Below, piece by piece: positions 48,758-57,921 of a DNA stretch of 64,000 nucleotides. Position 1 is the stretch's first letter. Each line of letters begins with the position of its first letter. The DNA comes from Patescibacteria group bacterium (GTDB taxonomy: Bacteria; Patescibacteriota; UBA1384; XYA2-FULL-43-10; 1-14-0-10-43-13). The translations under genes and the position numbers were made by a program. Under the pieces are notes generated by a model. That model saw nothing but the letters and a program-made list of their open reading frames with translations, had not been told where the DNA came from and ran no database searches. The stretch spans positions 735,234 through 799,233 of the forward strand of contig JBAZBD010000001.1 in the NCBI GenBank assembly GCA_041671645.1, written 5' to 3'.

Positions 48758-50359
48758 ATGGATCAGTTTGGCTTTAAAGAAAAAGAAACAAAAAATGCAG
48801 TAATCTACTTGCGCGTCTCAACTGAGGAGCAGGTCGAAAACTATTCTCTGGATACACAAGAAGAAATTTGTTCAAAAGAGGCAAGCAAGCGAGGCCTCAC
48901 AATTTATCATACATTTCGAGAGGAAGGCCGATCAGCCAAGACCATCACCGGACGGCCCGTACTTATTGAAATGTTGGAATTTTGCCGTACACACAAGAAA
49001 GAGATCAATGCCATTATTATTTATCGGCTTGATCGAATCTCACGCCAAACGGCGGACTATTTAGCTATCCGAAAGAAGCTGGCCGAATGTGACATCAAAC
49101 TGATTTCTGCCACAGAACCGACCGGCAATAGTCCGACTGAAAAGTTCGTTGAAACAATGCTGGCTGGCTTTGCTCAAATGGATAATGATGTCAGAAGCGA
49201 GCGAACTAAAAACGGCATGAAGGCAAGATTCATGGCTGGCTTGCCCAGTGGTTATGCTCCGATCGGCTATACCAACCAAAACGGCTATGCAATTAAAGAT
49301 CATGAAACTTTCGAAACAATGAAAGAGGGCTGGGATCTGATGGCGACTGGCGATAAAAGCCTAAAGGAGATGGCCGTGATATTGAGCGCAAAAGGAATCT
49401 ATGGTGGTACCAGAAACGGCAGAAGGTGTATTCTTCGCCACCAACAACTTAGTCGAATCTTTAGAAACAAATTTTACACTGGCAAAATTGTTTCCAAAAA
49501 GTATGGCCATGAGATTCAGGGACAGCATCCCCCAATGGTTTCTGAGGAAAAATTCTACCGTGTTCAGGCAATTTTGGATGGCCGTAACACGAGAATTGCT
49601 TTACCATTAGCCAAGAGAAACCGTGATAATCCCAACTTCCCACTGAGAAGGATTATTAAATGCAAACATTGCGGTGGCTCGTTTACTGGAGCTAAAAGTC
49701 ACGGACATGGCGGAGAATACCATTACTATTTCTGTCAGAAACGCTGTGAAAAAGAAAACGTTTCAGATAAAAAAGCTGAGGCTGCGATGGAAAAAGAGTT
49801 AGGAAGGATTAATCTGAAAGAGAAAGCAGTTTCACTCTTCAACGCCTTTTTACGAAGGAAATATTATGAGCGGATTTCCACGCTACAACAAAGACGAAAA
49901 GAGGCAGATACAGAGCTTCAGAAGCTTTACACCTTCCGCCAAGCTCTGATCGAGAAAAATATCGCAGGGGTCTATTCTGACGAGGTATACAAAGAACAAA
50001 ACAAGCTTGTCGAGAAGAAGATCCAGGCAGCAGTGGCTGCCAAAGACGACGAAGTATTAGAGAAATATAATCTTGAAAAGATCACAGAGTTTGTCAAAGA
50101 TAAACTCGGAAACCTTGTTCAAACTTATTTGGATTCTGAACTTCAGGAGAAGCGTACGCTCTTAGGTTCGATATTCCCCTCTGGATTGGTCTGGGACAAA
50201 AATGACTATTCCAACCCACAAATTAGTGAGTTCTACAGCCAAATATTGGCTTTTGGCAACGATGGGTGCTCATTTGGTACCCGCGGCAGGAATCGGACCT
50301 GCGACCTAAACGTTAGGAGTGTTTCGCTCTATCCACTGAGCTACGCGGGCAAATTGTAG
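48758..50359 (+). CDS. Large serine recombinase (integrase), integrated form; last 25 aa antisense to tRNA-Arg
   Basis: YLRVSTEEQ, YRLDRISR, APIGY, CKHC...YYFC, coiled coil. Confidence 0.95.
   Translation: MDQFGFKEKETKNAVIYLRVSTEEQVENYSLDTQEEICSKEASKRGLTIYHTFREEGRSAKTITGRPVLIEMLEFCRTHKKEINAIIIYRLDRISRQTADYLAIRKKLAECDIKLISATEPTGNSPTEKFVETMLAGFAQMDNDVRSERTKNGMKARFMAGLPSGYAPIGYTNQNGYAIKDHETFETMKEGWDLMATGDKSLKEMAVILSAKGIYGGTRNGRRCILRHQQLSRIFRNKFYTGKIVSKKYGHEIQGQHPPMVSEEKFYRVQAILDGRNTRIALPLAKRNRDNPNFPLRRIIKCKHCGGSFTGAKSHGHGGEYHYYFCQKRCEKENVSDKKAEAAMEKELGRINLKEKAVSLFNAFLRRKYYERISTLQQRRKEADTELQKLYTFRQALIEKNIAGVYSDEVYKEQNKLVEKKIQAAVAAKDDEVLEKYNLEKITEFVKDKLGNLVQTYLDSELQEKRTLLGSIFPSGLVWDKNDYSNPQISEFYSQILAFGNDGCSFGTRGRNRTCDLNVRSVSLYPLSYAGKL
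50275..50350 (-). tRNA. tRNA-Arg(CCT), integration target
   Basis: Cloverleaf; loop CT CCT AA; CCA end. Confidence 0.93.
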
Positions 50360-50456
50360 TTCTTCTTAGATATAAATTATCACAATTTTAATTAAATTTC
50401 GAGCTCTCAAACTAAAAAAGTCCCTAGATGGGACTTTTTTAGTTTGTTTTTGATTT

Positions 50457-50729
50457 TTATTTGATCTTGACTCGGAGATTCTTGCTTGGCTTGAAACGTG
50501 GCATCTTGGTGGCCTTGATTTGAATCTGGCGGCCGGTTCGTGGGTTTACACCAACTCTTGCCTTGCGTTTACCGATGTCGAAAGTTCCGAAACCTGTCAG
50601 AGTCACTTTGTTGCCACCAACCAGCTCCTTGGCAATTGCGTCAAGCATTGTCTGAATCCCTACTTCAGCCTCGCGGCGAGAAAGACCAGTCTTCCTGGCA
50701 ACTTCGTTGATTAGTTCATTTTTGTTCAT
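50457..50729 (-). CDS. hup: HU DNA-binding protein
   Basis: MNKNELI, GFGTF, GVNPRTG, PRFKP. Confidence 0.95.
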   Translation of the reverse strand: MNKNELINEVARKTGLSRREAEVGIQTMLDAIAKELVGGNKVTLTGFGTFDIGKRKARVGVNPRTGRQIQIKATKMPRFKPSKNLRVKIK

Positions 50730-50756
50730 GCTTCCTTTCTCACCTCCTTATGATTG

Positions 50757-51551
50757 CTATTTAACTGTTTCGTAAATGCGTTCTATCGAAACTGCCTTTT
50801 TCGTCCTAGTATCGATTTCAACCAGACACGCATTAAAAATAGTAGTTCCTACGGCTACTTTATGCGATTGTGGAAGCGCTGTCAAGAATTGCTTGATAAT
50901 GATGCCCTTTTCGACACCCAGAACGGAATCTTTGGGTCCGCACATACCGAGATCAGAGAGAAATGCAGTCCCCTCTTCGAGAATGGTATCATCTGCGGTC
51001 TGAACATGAGTATGAGTGCCCATCACAGCTGAAACTTGGCCGTCGAGATAATGCGCAAGGGCGATTTTCTCGCTTGTCGCTTCAGCATGAATATCAATAA
51101 GAACAATTGAATCTTTATTTTCATCTGCAATTTCCTTTGCTACCTTGAACGGACTTTCGGACAATACTGGGATGAAAACCTGACCGAGCAGATTGATCAG
51201 AGTAACCTTGTGGCCGTTAACTTCAAAAGTTGCGAAGCCTTCGCCCGGACAATTTGAAGGATAATTTGCAGGTCGGAGAACCTTGATTGACTTGTCTTTG
51301 AGGTAAGGGATGATGTCGCGGTTGTCCCAGATATGATTGCCAGAAGTGAAATAGTCGACGCCGATTCGTAACATTTCGTCATACTTTTCCTTCGTCATGC
51401 CTTTGCCAGAAGAGAGATTCTCGCCGTTTGCGACAACAAAATCAATCTTCTTCTCTTTCTTCAGCGAAGGAAGTAATTTGGCAACGACTTGTCGACCGGG
51501 TTTCCCGACGATATCGCCGATGAATAAAATTTTTATAGTTTCTTTTACCAT
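50757..51551 (-). CDS. ymdB: YmdB-family metallophosphoesterase
   Basis: GDIVGKPGR, NGEN, SGNHIWD, HAEATSEK, GTHTHVQTAD; follows rny. Confidence 0.92.
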   Translation of the reverse strand: MVKETIKILFIGDIVGKPGRQVVAKLLPSLKKEKKIDFVVANGENLSSGKGMTKEKYDEMLRIGVDYFTSGNHIWDNRDIIPYLKDKSIKVLRPANYPSNCPGEGFATFEVNGHKVTLINLLGQVFIPVLSESPFKVAKEIADENKDSIVLIDIHAEATSEKIALAHYLDGQVSAVMGTHTHVQTADDTILEEGTAFLSDLGMCGPKDSVLGVEKGIIIKQFLTALPQSHKVAVGTTIFNACLVEIDTRTKKAVSIERIYETVK

Positions 51552-51559
51552 TACTAAAA

Positions 51560-53080
51560 TTATTTAGCGAATTCGATTGCTCTAGTTTCACGGATAACTT
51601 GAATCTTGACCTGGCCAGGATATTGAACCTCTTCTTCTACTTTCTTGGCAATTTCTTTGGCCAATTTAGCCGCCAAGAGATCATCAACACTATCAGGTTT
51701 GACCAGAATTCTAACTTCTCGACCAGCCTGGATAGCATATGCCTTCTCGACGCCTTCGAAAGATGTAGCAACACGCTCTAGATCTTCCAAACGTTTCAAG
51801 TGGAATTGGAGGGACTCTCTACGAGCGCCAGGGCGAGCAGAAGAGATTGCATCGGCGATCTGAACGATAGCCGCCTCTGGAGTTTCCATCGGGACATCTT
51901 CGTGATGGGCTTCGACGGCGTGAATCAAATCTGCAGGCAATTTGAATTTGCGCATGATATCAGCAGAGATGACGGCATGTGAGCCAGGAACCTCATGATC
52001 TACGGCTTTGCCAAGATCGTGCAAAAGACCAGCCTTCTTGACCAAAGCAGTATTGGCACCGAGCTCTTCTGAAATTAAGCCAGAGAGACGAGAAACTTCG
52101 ATTGCATGTTGGAGTTGGTTTTGGCCAAATGAAGTTCGGAATTTGAGACGACCCAAGACTTTGATGATTTCTAGCGGTAAACCAGTAACACCAGTCTCAT
52201 AGGCCGCTTCTTCACCAGATTTCTTGATATCAGCCGCAACTTTGATTTTGGCTTTGTCGAAGACCTCCTCGATTCGGGTTGGGTGAATTCGACCATCAAC
52301 TACTAGCTCGGCCAATGTGACACGAGCGACTTCACGACGGACAGGATCAAAGGAAGAAATAACAACAGCGTCTGGAGTATCGTCAATAATCAGATCAACT
52401 CCAGTCACCTTCTCGAATGATTGAATATTTCTACCTTCACGTCCGATAATTCGGCCCTTCATCTCGTCGCTAGGAATCTGAACTGTCGAAACAGTTGTCT
52501 CAGCAGTAGTTTCGGCCGCAATTCTCTGCATAGCAGAGATGACAATTTCTTTGGCTTTTTCGTCTGCAGAATCTCGGACATATTCCTCGACTTCTTTCAT
52601 CTTCTTGACCAAGTCTTCCTTGCCCTCTTTCTCAACCAAATCCAGAAGAACTTTCTTGGCGTCCTCCTTGGTCATCTTGGCAATACGCTCAAGCGAATCT
52701 TCCTGTTTCTTGCGTAAATCACGCAATGTTTGCTTGATAGTCTCAATCTCTTCCTGTTTCTTCGATAAATCCTTGCGTGTCTTCTCGACTTCGTCAAAAC
52801 GGCCATCGATAGTTAACTCTCTACGGCGAAGATCACTCTCAGTCTTGTCCAGTGAACGACTCTTGTCTTCATACTCTTTCTTGGCCTGATCACGTTCTTT
52901 GAGCGCCTCGTCTTTGCCCTCGAGCAAAATTTCTTTTGCCTTCGTCTTCGCGTCCTCGATCATTTTATCAGCCTTGGCCTGAGCTGAAGAAACCTTACCT
53001 TTCGTAGTGTAGCGATAGCCATAATAACCACCGGCACCACCTGCCGCTAGCCCGAGTAGGCCAACAATTACCTCGATCAT
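51560..53080 (-). CDS. rny: Ribonuclease Y
   Basis: TM, coiled coil, KH (KGRIIGREGRNI), HD (LLHDLGK). Confidence 0.97.
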   Translation of the reverse strand: MIEVIVGLLGLAAGGAGGYYGYRYTTKGKVSSAQAKADKMIEDAKTKAKEILLEGKDEALKERDQAKKEYEDKSRSLDKTESDLRRRELTIDGRFDEVEKTRKDLSKKQEEIETIKQTLRDLRKKQEDSLERIAKMTKEDAKKVLLDLVEKEGKEDLVKKMKEVEEYVRDSADEKAKEIVISAMQRIAAETTAETTVSTVQIPSDEMKGRIIGREGRNIQSFEKVTGVDLIIDDTPDAVVISSFDPVRREVARVTLAELVVDGRIHPTRIEEVFDKAKIKVAADIKKSGEEAAYETGVTGLPLEIIKVLGRLKFRTSFGQNQLQHAIEVSRLSGLISEELGANTALVKKAGLLHDLGKAVDHEVPGSHAVISADIMRKFKLPADLIHAVEAHHEDVPMETPEAAIVQIADAISSARPGARRESLQFHLKRLEDLERVATSFEGVEKAYAIQAGREVRILVKPDSVDDLLAAKLAKEIAKKVEEEVQYPGQVKIQVIRETRAIEFAK

Positions 53081-53262
53081 AAAAACCTTTCAAATTCTCA
53101 ACATCAAATTAGGCCAGCTTGATCTGACTAGCCAGAGTAATAGTTCCTAGATTGATATATGAGAATATTTTTTTCATAAATTAATAAAATTACATGCTGA
53201 TTATAGCTTTTTCGTATAGAAAATGCAAATTGGTCTACATAATAATCAAGACCAGACTAGCC

Positions 53263-53291
53263 TTGCCATTTGGCATCAAATTTGATACTAT
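53263..53291 (+). promoter_or_regulatory. Sigma70 promoter of tRNA-Lys/Glu locus
   Basis: TTGCCA-17 bp-TACTAT. Confidence 0.6.
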
Positions 53292-53307
53292 ACGAGGAGT
53301 TTCACAT

Positions 53308-53377
53308 GGGTTGTTAGACCCGAAGGGTGGACCCGAAGGGTAGCCCTTGGCTCCTTTGGCCCTCAATTGGTAGAGCA
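53308..53377 (+). repeat. Duplicate of tRNA-Lys 5' end interrupted by 44-bp hairpin insert
   Basis: GGGTTGTTAG[ACCCGAAGGGTGGACCCGAAGGGTAGCCCTTGGCTCCTTTGGCC]CTCAATTGGTAGAGCA. Confidence 0.85.
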
Positions 53378-53394
53378 TTAGAAAATATGGTAAT

Positions 53395-53470
53395 GGGTTG
53401 TTAGCTCAATTGGTAGAGCAGTGCCCTCTTAAGGCATTGGTTCTGGGTTCGAGTCCCAGGCGACCCACCA
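53395..53470 (+). tRNA. tRNA-Lys(CTT)
   Basis: Cloverleaf; CT CTT AA; CCA. Confidence 0.95.
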
Positions 53471-53471
53471 T

Positions 53472-53546
53472 GGCCCCATCGTCTAGTGGTTAGGACGTCA
53501 CGCTTTCAATGTGGTAAGAGGGGTTCGATTCCCCTTGGGGCTACCA
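53472..53546 (+). tRNA. tRNA-Glu(TTC)
   Basis: Cloverleaf; CT TTC AA; CCA. Confidence 0.95.
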
Positions 53547-53602
53547 AGAAAATAACTCAACTTCGGTTGAGCTATTTTTTTGGTAAATTTCTTGGAATCG
53601 AA

Positions 53603-53653
53603 GATTCCCCTTGCCCTGCCGTCCGTAGCTTAAGCGAAGGATGGGGGCTACCA
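53603..53653 (+). repeat. Duplicate of tRNA-Glu 3' end interrupted by 31-bp palindromic insert
   Basis: GATTCCCCTT[GCCCTGCCGTCCGTAGCTTAAGCGAAGGATG]GGGGCTACCA. Confidence 0.85.
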
Positions 53654-53747
53654 AAATAAAGACTTCATCTTCGGATGGAGTTTTTATTTTGAATAAAAAA
53701 TGCCAGCTTATGATTTTTGCAATCAATAAGCTGGCTTGAAATGTGAA

Positions 53748-55124
53748 CTAACCTTTACCAAGGCGATTTTCTGGCAAAACGAGGTTATTTTTTGTTAAGA
53801 AACCTGATTCTGATTCCAATCGCCGATATCCGATCTTAAATTCAGGAAATTTTTCTAACAAGATTTTTCTGTTTTTAAGATAGGCGTTGAAGAAGAATGA
53901 TTCCATCAGATACCGTCTGGCGGCGACAGAATCATATGGAACACTGAGAACAGGATGGACTGTGTCCCAATGTGCCAGATTGTGGTCAATTATCATTGAT
54001 CGTATTATGTCGTCCCTGCCACTTGCTGACTGATGGAAAGGTGTGAAATGTGAACACCTGAATCCTGTCGCCGAGCAAGATTTTATCCAATCCCCACATC
54101 GGCCAATATCATTAATGGTTTGGTCCGGGACATCGATGATCATCAATAATCGAGTTGCAATTCCGTTCTTGAGGCAAAGCTTGAAAATGGCATCGGGGTC
54201 TTCATCTTGATGCTGTTTTGCCATTACTTGGCGTTCTCTCTCGGTAGGGCTTTCGGTGCCGATGGACAGCATTCCCCAACCCGCCTCACGCATTGCTGGA
54301 ATCAGCTCATCTGAGTGATGCAAAGCAGGATTAAAAAGTCCGCCCATCACTACTTTGTTGTGTAGCCCTCGGTTGACCATCTCTGCACAAATTGCTAACA
54401 ACCATTCATGGTTTAGGTTGATATTCAAATCATCCCAATCGATAGATCGGTATCCCTGACCCGCCAAATATTCTACTTCGTCGACCACTTTGATCGGGTC
54501 TCGAAATACTACTCTACCTTGCCACGCTTCTCGTGACTCACAAAAAGAGCAATCAAAAGGACATCCTCGTGACCCAGAGATTGAAGTTGGGGCTTGATCA
54601 CCAATTTCAAGTGGCCATATATCGCGCATATGCAGAAAGGGCAACATTCCTTTGTCTCGAGATGGATATAGGACGCCCGTCCAAGCCATATCCCTGTCAG
54701 TGTGAACAATTCCTTTTGCTTGTTTGCCTCCCACGATTGCTCTTACAGCATTTTCTCCTTCTCCAATACATACCCAATCAAAATTGGGGATGAGATAACT
54801 GGGCATTGACGTTGCTCCACTGCCGCCAGCTATTAAACCGACGTTGGGATTTTTTGCCCGGATTGCCGATGCAATTTTGTTTGCCTCATCTAGTGTCCAA
54901 GTCATACAACTTACGCCAACAAAATTACAAGTTTTAGTTTTATCCAGGATCTCTTCCATAGCTAACGGCGCCAAGCCCAAATCGACAACCTCTACGTCGA
55001 AGCCACTATCCTGAAACGTCGTTGCGATATAAAGTAATCCCAAATTTGGTAATTGTGCATTGCCAAATAAGTTTTTGCGGCCCGAACCGCAACTAATCAA
55101 CATTACCTTCTTTTTTACTGACAT
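53748..55124 (-). CDS. B12-binding radical SAM protein
   Basis: PNLGLLYIA, GEGE, SRGCPFDCSFC. Confidence 0.88.
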   Translation of the reverse strand: MSVKKKVMLISCGSGRKNLFGNAQLPNLGLLYIATTFQDSGFDVEVVDLGLAPLAMEEILDKTKTCNFVGVSCMTWTLDEANKIASAIRAKNPNVGLIAGGSGATSMPSYLIPNFDWVCIGEGENAVRAIVGGKQAKGIVHTDRDMAWTGVLYPSRDKGMLPFLHMRDIWPLEIGDQAPTSISGSRGCPFDCSFCESREAWQGRVVFRDPIKVVDEVEYLAGQGYRSIDWDDLNINLNHEWLLAICAEMVNRGLHNKVVMGGLFNPALHHSDELIPAMREAGWGMLSIGTESPTERERQVMAKQHQDEDPDAIFKLCLKNGIATRLLMIIDVPDQTINDIGRCGDWIKSCSATGFRCSHFTPFHQSASGRDDIIRSMIIDHNLAHWDTVHPVLSVPYDSVAARRYLMESFFFNAYLKNRKILLEKFPEFKIGYRRLESESGFLTKNNLVLPENRLGKG

Positions 55125-55299
55125 AGAAATACCTCCCACCAAAATGTGAATGTGCTATTCCATAGCAAAAATTTTCCAATCCATGGAACACTTTATATTA
55201 ATACAATTATATTTTTATACAACTTTTTGGACAGATATTGACATATTATGCAAATTACTCTAGGGTAATTAGTTAATTGTTGTCTAAAAATAGGACAAA

Positions 55300-56013
55300 A
55301 TGGATAATTTACAAATCAACGGTTTGAGCCAAAAAGAGTTCGAGGCATACAAGAATTTGCTTAGTTTAAAAAGGTCAACCGTGCTTCAGTTGGCTAAAAT
55401 TTCCAATGATAAACGAACTAATCTTTATCGACTATTAGAAACACTGATCGGCAAAGGCTTGGTGAGCGAAATTTATGAAGGCAGTAAGCATTATTATATT
55501 GCCGAATCCCCAAGCAGATTAGTAAATTTCGTCGCTCAAGAGAAGAAAAAAATCGAGGAATTATTGCCAGAACTCGAGCAGATAGAGAAAGAAGCGATGG
55601 AGCGACCTAAAATTAAATATTTTGAGGGAAAAGAAGGTATAAAAAATCTCGAAGATGAGCTTTTAAAAGAACGGAAAGAAATATTGGCTTTTTCTTGGCC
55701 AGATAAATTGGTACAAAGCATTGAATCTCATGATTCCTTTGTCAAGAAAAGAATAAAGGCAAAAATACCCGCTAGGGTTATCTATCCCGATACAGGAGCT
55801 GCGCATAAAAGAAAAACGGGGTTTCGAGAAGTCCGATACTCAAAGAAGTTAAAACCGTTTGATTCGACTTTTATGATTTCTGGCAATAAAGTTGTGGCTT
55901 TTTCTCACAAGAGATGGATCACCGGCGTTTTGATCGAAAACAGAGAAATCGCTGAAGGACTTACTGCATTTTTCGATGCCTATTGGTCGGAGCTTAAAGA
56001 AACTAAAAAATAA
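55300..56013 (+). CDS. TrmB-family transcriptional regulator
   Basis: N-terminal wHTH (RTNLYRLLETLIGKGLV), YFEGKEGI. Confidence 0.85.
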   Translation: MDNLQINGLSQKEFEAYKNLLSLKRSTVLQLAKISNDKRTNLYRLLETLIGKGLVSEIYEGSKHYYIAESPSRLVNFVAQEKKKIEELLPELEQIEKEAMERPKIKYFEGKEGIKNLEDELLKERKEILAFSWPDKLVQSIESHDSFVKKRIKAKIPARVIYPDTGAAHKRKTGFREVRYSKKLKPFDSTFMISGNKVVAFSHKRWITGVLIENREIAEGLTAFFDAYWSELKETKK

Positions 56014-56059
56014 AATTTGCGACCTGGCAAAGATGCAGGCCGCAAGGCTGATTGAAAAC

Positions 56060-56413
56060 TTACTTTTTGTAATACTGATCGTAGTGAGGCTGAGGACCGA
56101 TACGGCGGCTCCAGAGTTGTCTCTGTCTTTCTGTCATGGAATAGTGGTACTCGTCACGAATCATTTCCTCAAGCTTTTTGGGCCGTTCCATCCAGTTTGA
56201 GACGCAAGTTTTTGCCGAAAGCAGCTCGCTACCACGGTCAGATAATTTAACGACACCGAGAGCATCAATTTCGCACCTATCCTTGAGTCTGACATGCTCG
56301 ATTGGCTCATGGAAGAGCATTGCTGTCAGTAATTGTCCAGGCGTATAACCTTCGTACGAGTCAAGACACATTTGTGCAAGAAGATTCACTTCGTGCAAAT
56401 TAATTTTTAACAT
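56060..56413 (-). CDS. Hypothetical protein
   Basis: AAGGAG RBS; 117 aa. Confidence 0.6.
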   Translation of the reverse strand: MLKINLHEVNLLAQMCLDSYEGYTPGQLLTAMLFHEPIEHVRLKDRCEIDALGVVKLSDRGSELLSAKTCVSNWMERPKKLEEMIRDEYHYSMTERQRQLWSRRIGPQPHYDQYYKK

Positions 56414-56629
56414 TTCAATCTCCTTCAGATTGGAATAGCTGATTCATTTATTACTCCAGGTTTAGTTTAATGTCAACCGCTCCGTCATCTTTTTGGTATG
56501 TAAAACGGGGCATTCTCCTTGACAAAATGGCCGAATCAGAGTATTAATTGGCTACATCGGGCGCACGTTGACAAATACATATTCAAGTTCAAATTTTGCG
56601 CATATTCGCACAAGAAGGAGGGAACTTCG

Positions 56630-57907
56630 ATGCGAAAATTATCCCTTTGGTTACTCGCTCTCGCACTGTCCATTATATTGGGCGGTTGCGGTGGCAATGG
56701 ACAATCGCTGGTGTCCCCAACTCCAGCAGACAACCGAGACTCCATAGTCTCAATCCCCAATGGAGAAATTGGTGGAAATCAATGGATCTCTGTGATCACA
56801 ATCACAGTGACCGGTCCTGAAATTGATGGGACAATCAGCCAGGACATGACTTACAACGCCGCCACCAGCAAATGGGACGGCCAGCTCCAAGTACCAAATG
56901 GCGTCAACAGACTGTTCAAAGTAGTTGCCAAAGATGCCAACGGAGCAACTCAATTCGCCGGTCAGAAACTGGCGGACGTGGCACCGGGAACTTCGGCGAC
57001 CAACAACATCTCAGTTGACCTATACTCTGGCGATGGCAAATCGCGGATATCGGTCAGGGTTTCCTTTGCCAATGTCTATCTTGGGCTTGGCAAACTATTT
57101 GCTTGCTGGGGGCCACACACTATAGAAGGCCAGGACCCCAATCATGACAGACCTACGGATAAGCAGATCTCGGATCAGGGTAATATCGTGACAAGACTTT
57201 GTTCAGGCACCAGAATCTACTCTTCCGACGAACGAATGGTTGCGGTCAATGTGAACGCAGGCATACCCTGCACCATTGGCATCAATCTTGGTCCGAACGA
57301 AGCCAACAATCAGACGGAGATCAATGCCGCGGCGGCAACCGTGGCAAAATATCCAGAAGTTAGCGCTATATACGTAGGCAACGAGATGTCGATGTCCAGT
57401 CTGCCGCCCAATGGGGCCGATCTGATCACGTACATCAATAGCACTCGTACGAAATGCCCAGGTGCTCAGATCGGAACCGCCGATACGTACGACTTCTGGT
57501 ACAATTCCGGCCAAGGCAGGCCAGAATTGGCAGCGGTATGCGATGTCATCGCGTATCACGACCATATTTATTGGGCCGGCCTTTCGGTCGACAATGCTAT
57601 GGTCGCGATCGCGGATCATTACCAAAAAATGAAGTCGTTATACCCGGGCAAACGAATTGTTCTCGCTGAAGTCGGTTTTCCAACCGCCGGAGGCACAAAA
57701 GGACAAGCAATCCCAGGTGAAATGGCTCAGCGTCTCTTCATCCAAGTGTTCGTCCCTTGGGCTCAGCTCAATGGAGTAGAATACTTTCTGTTCCAACTGT
57801 TTGACGAACCGTGGAAAACCGGCGAGCCGAACGGTGTAGGCACCCATTGGGGCTTATTCTATAACACTCTGGTAGCGAAGCCAGAGATAAACAAAATCTG
57901 GTTTTGA
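56630..57907 (+). CDS. Lipoprotein with GH17-like glycoside hydrolase domain
   Basis: Lipobox LGGC; VGNE, GTAD, AEVGFPT, FDEPWK, HWGL. Confidence 0.85.
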   Translation: MRKLSLWLLALALSIILGGCGGNGQSLVSPTPADNRDSIVSIPNGEIGGNQWISVITITVTGPEIDGTISQDMTYNAATSKWDGQLQVPNGVNRLFKVVAKDANGATQFAGQKLADVAPGTSATNNISVDLYSGDGKSRISVRVSFANVYLGLGKLFACWGPHTIEGQDPNHDRPTDKQISDQGNIVTRLCSGTRIYSSDERMVAVNVNAGIPCTIGINLGPNEANNQTEINAAAATVAKYPEVSAIYVGNEMSMSSLPPNGADLITYINSTRTKCPGAQIGTADTYDFWYNSGQGRPELAAVCDVIAYHDHIYWAGLSVDNAMVAIADHYQKMKSLYPGKRIVLAEVGFPTAGGTKGQAIPGEMAQRLFIQVFVPWAQLNGVEYFLFQLFDEPWKTGEPNGVGTHWGLFYNTLVAKPEINKIWF

Positions 57908-57921
57908 GGGAGGAAACTACC

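Larger units (their letters stand above)
37131..50282. mobile_element. Integrative, probably mobilizable element (island 2) in 3' end of tRNA-Arg(CCT)
   Basis: 9-bp direct repeat TTGGTACCC at 37131-37139 and 50274-50282; LSR, relaxase and cargo between; housekeeping genes outside. Confidence 0.88.

Noticed and set aside
740-50282. Either island as a prophage
   Set aside because: No capsid, large terminase, portal or tail genes recognised
53318-53361. Insert as a tRNA intron or CRISPR repeat
   Set aside because: The interrupted copy stops after the D-arm so no full tRNA could be spliced; no repeat-spacer periodicity and no cas genes in the window
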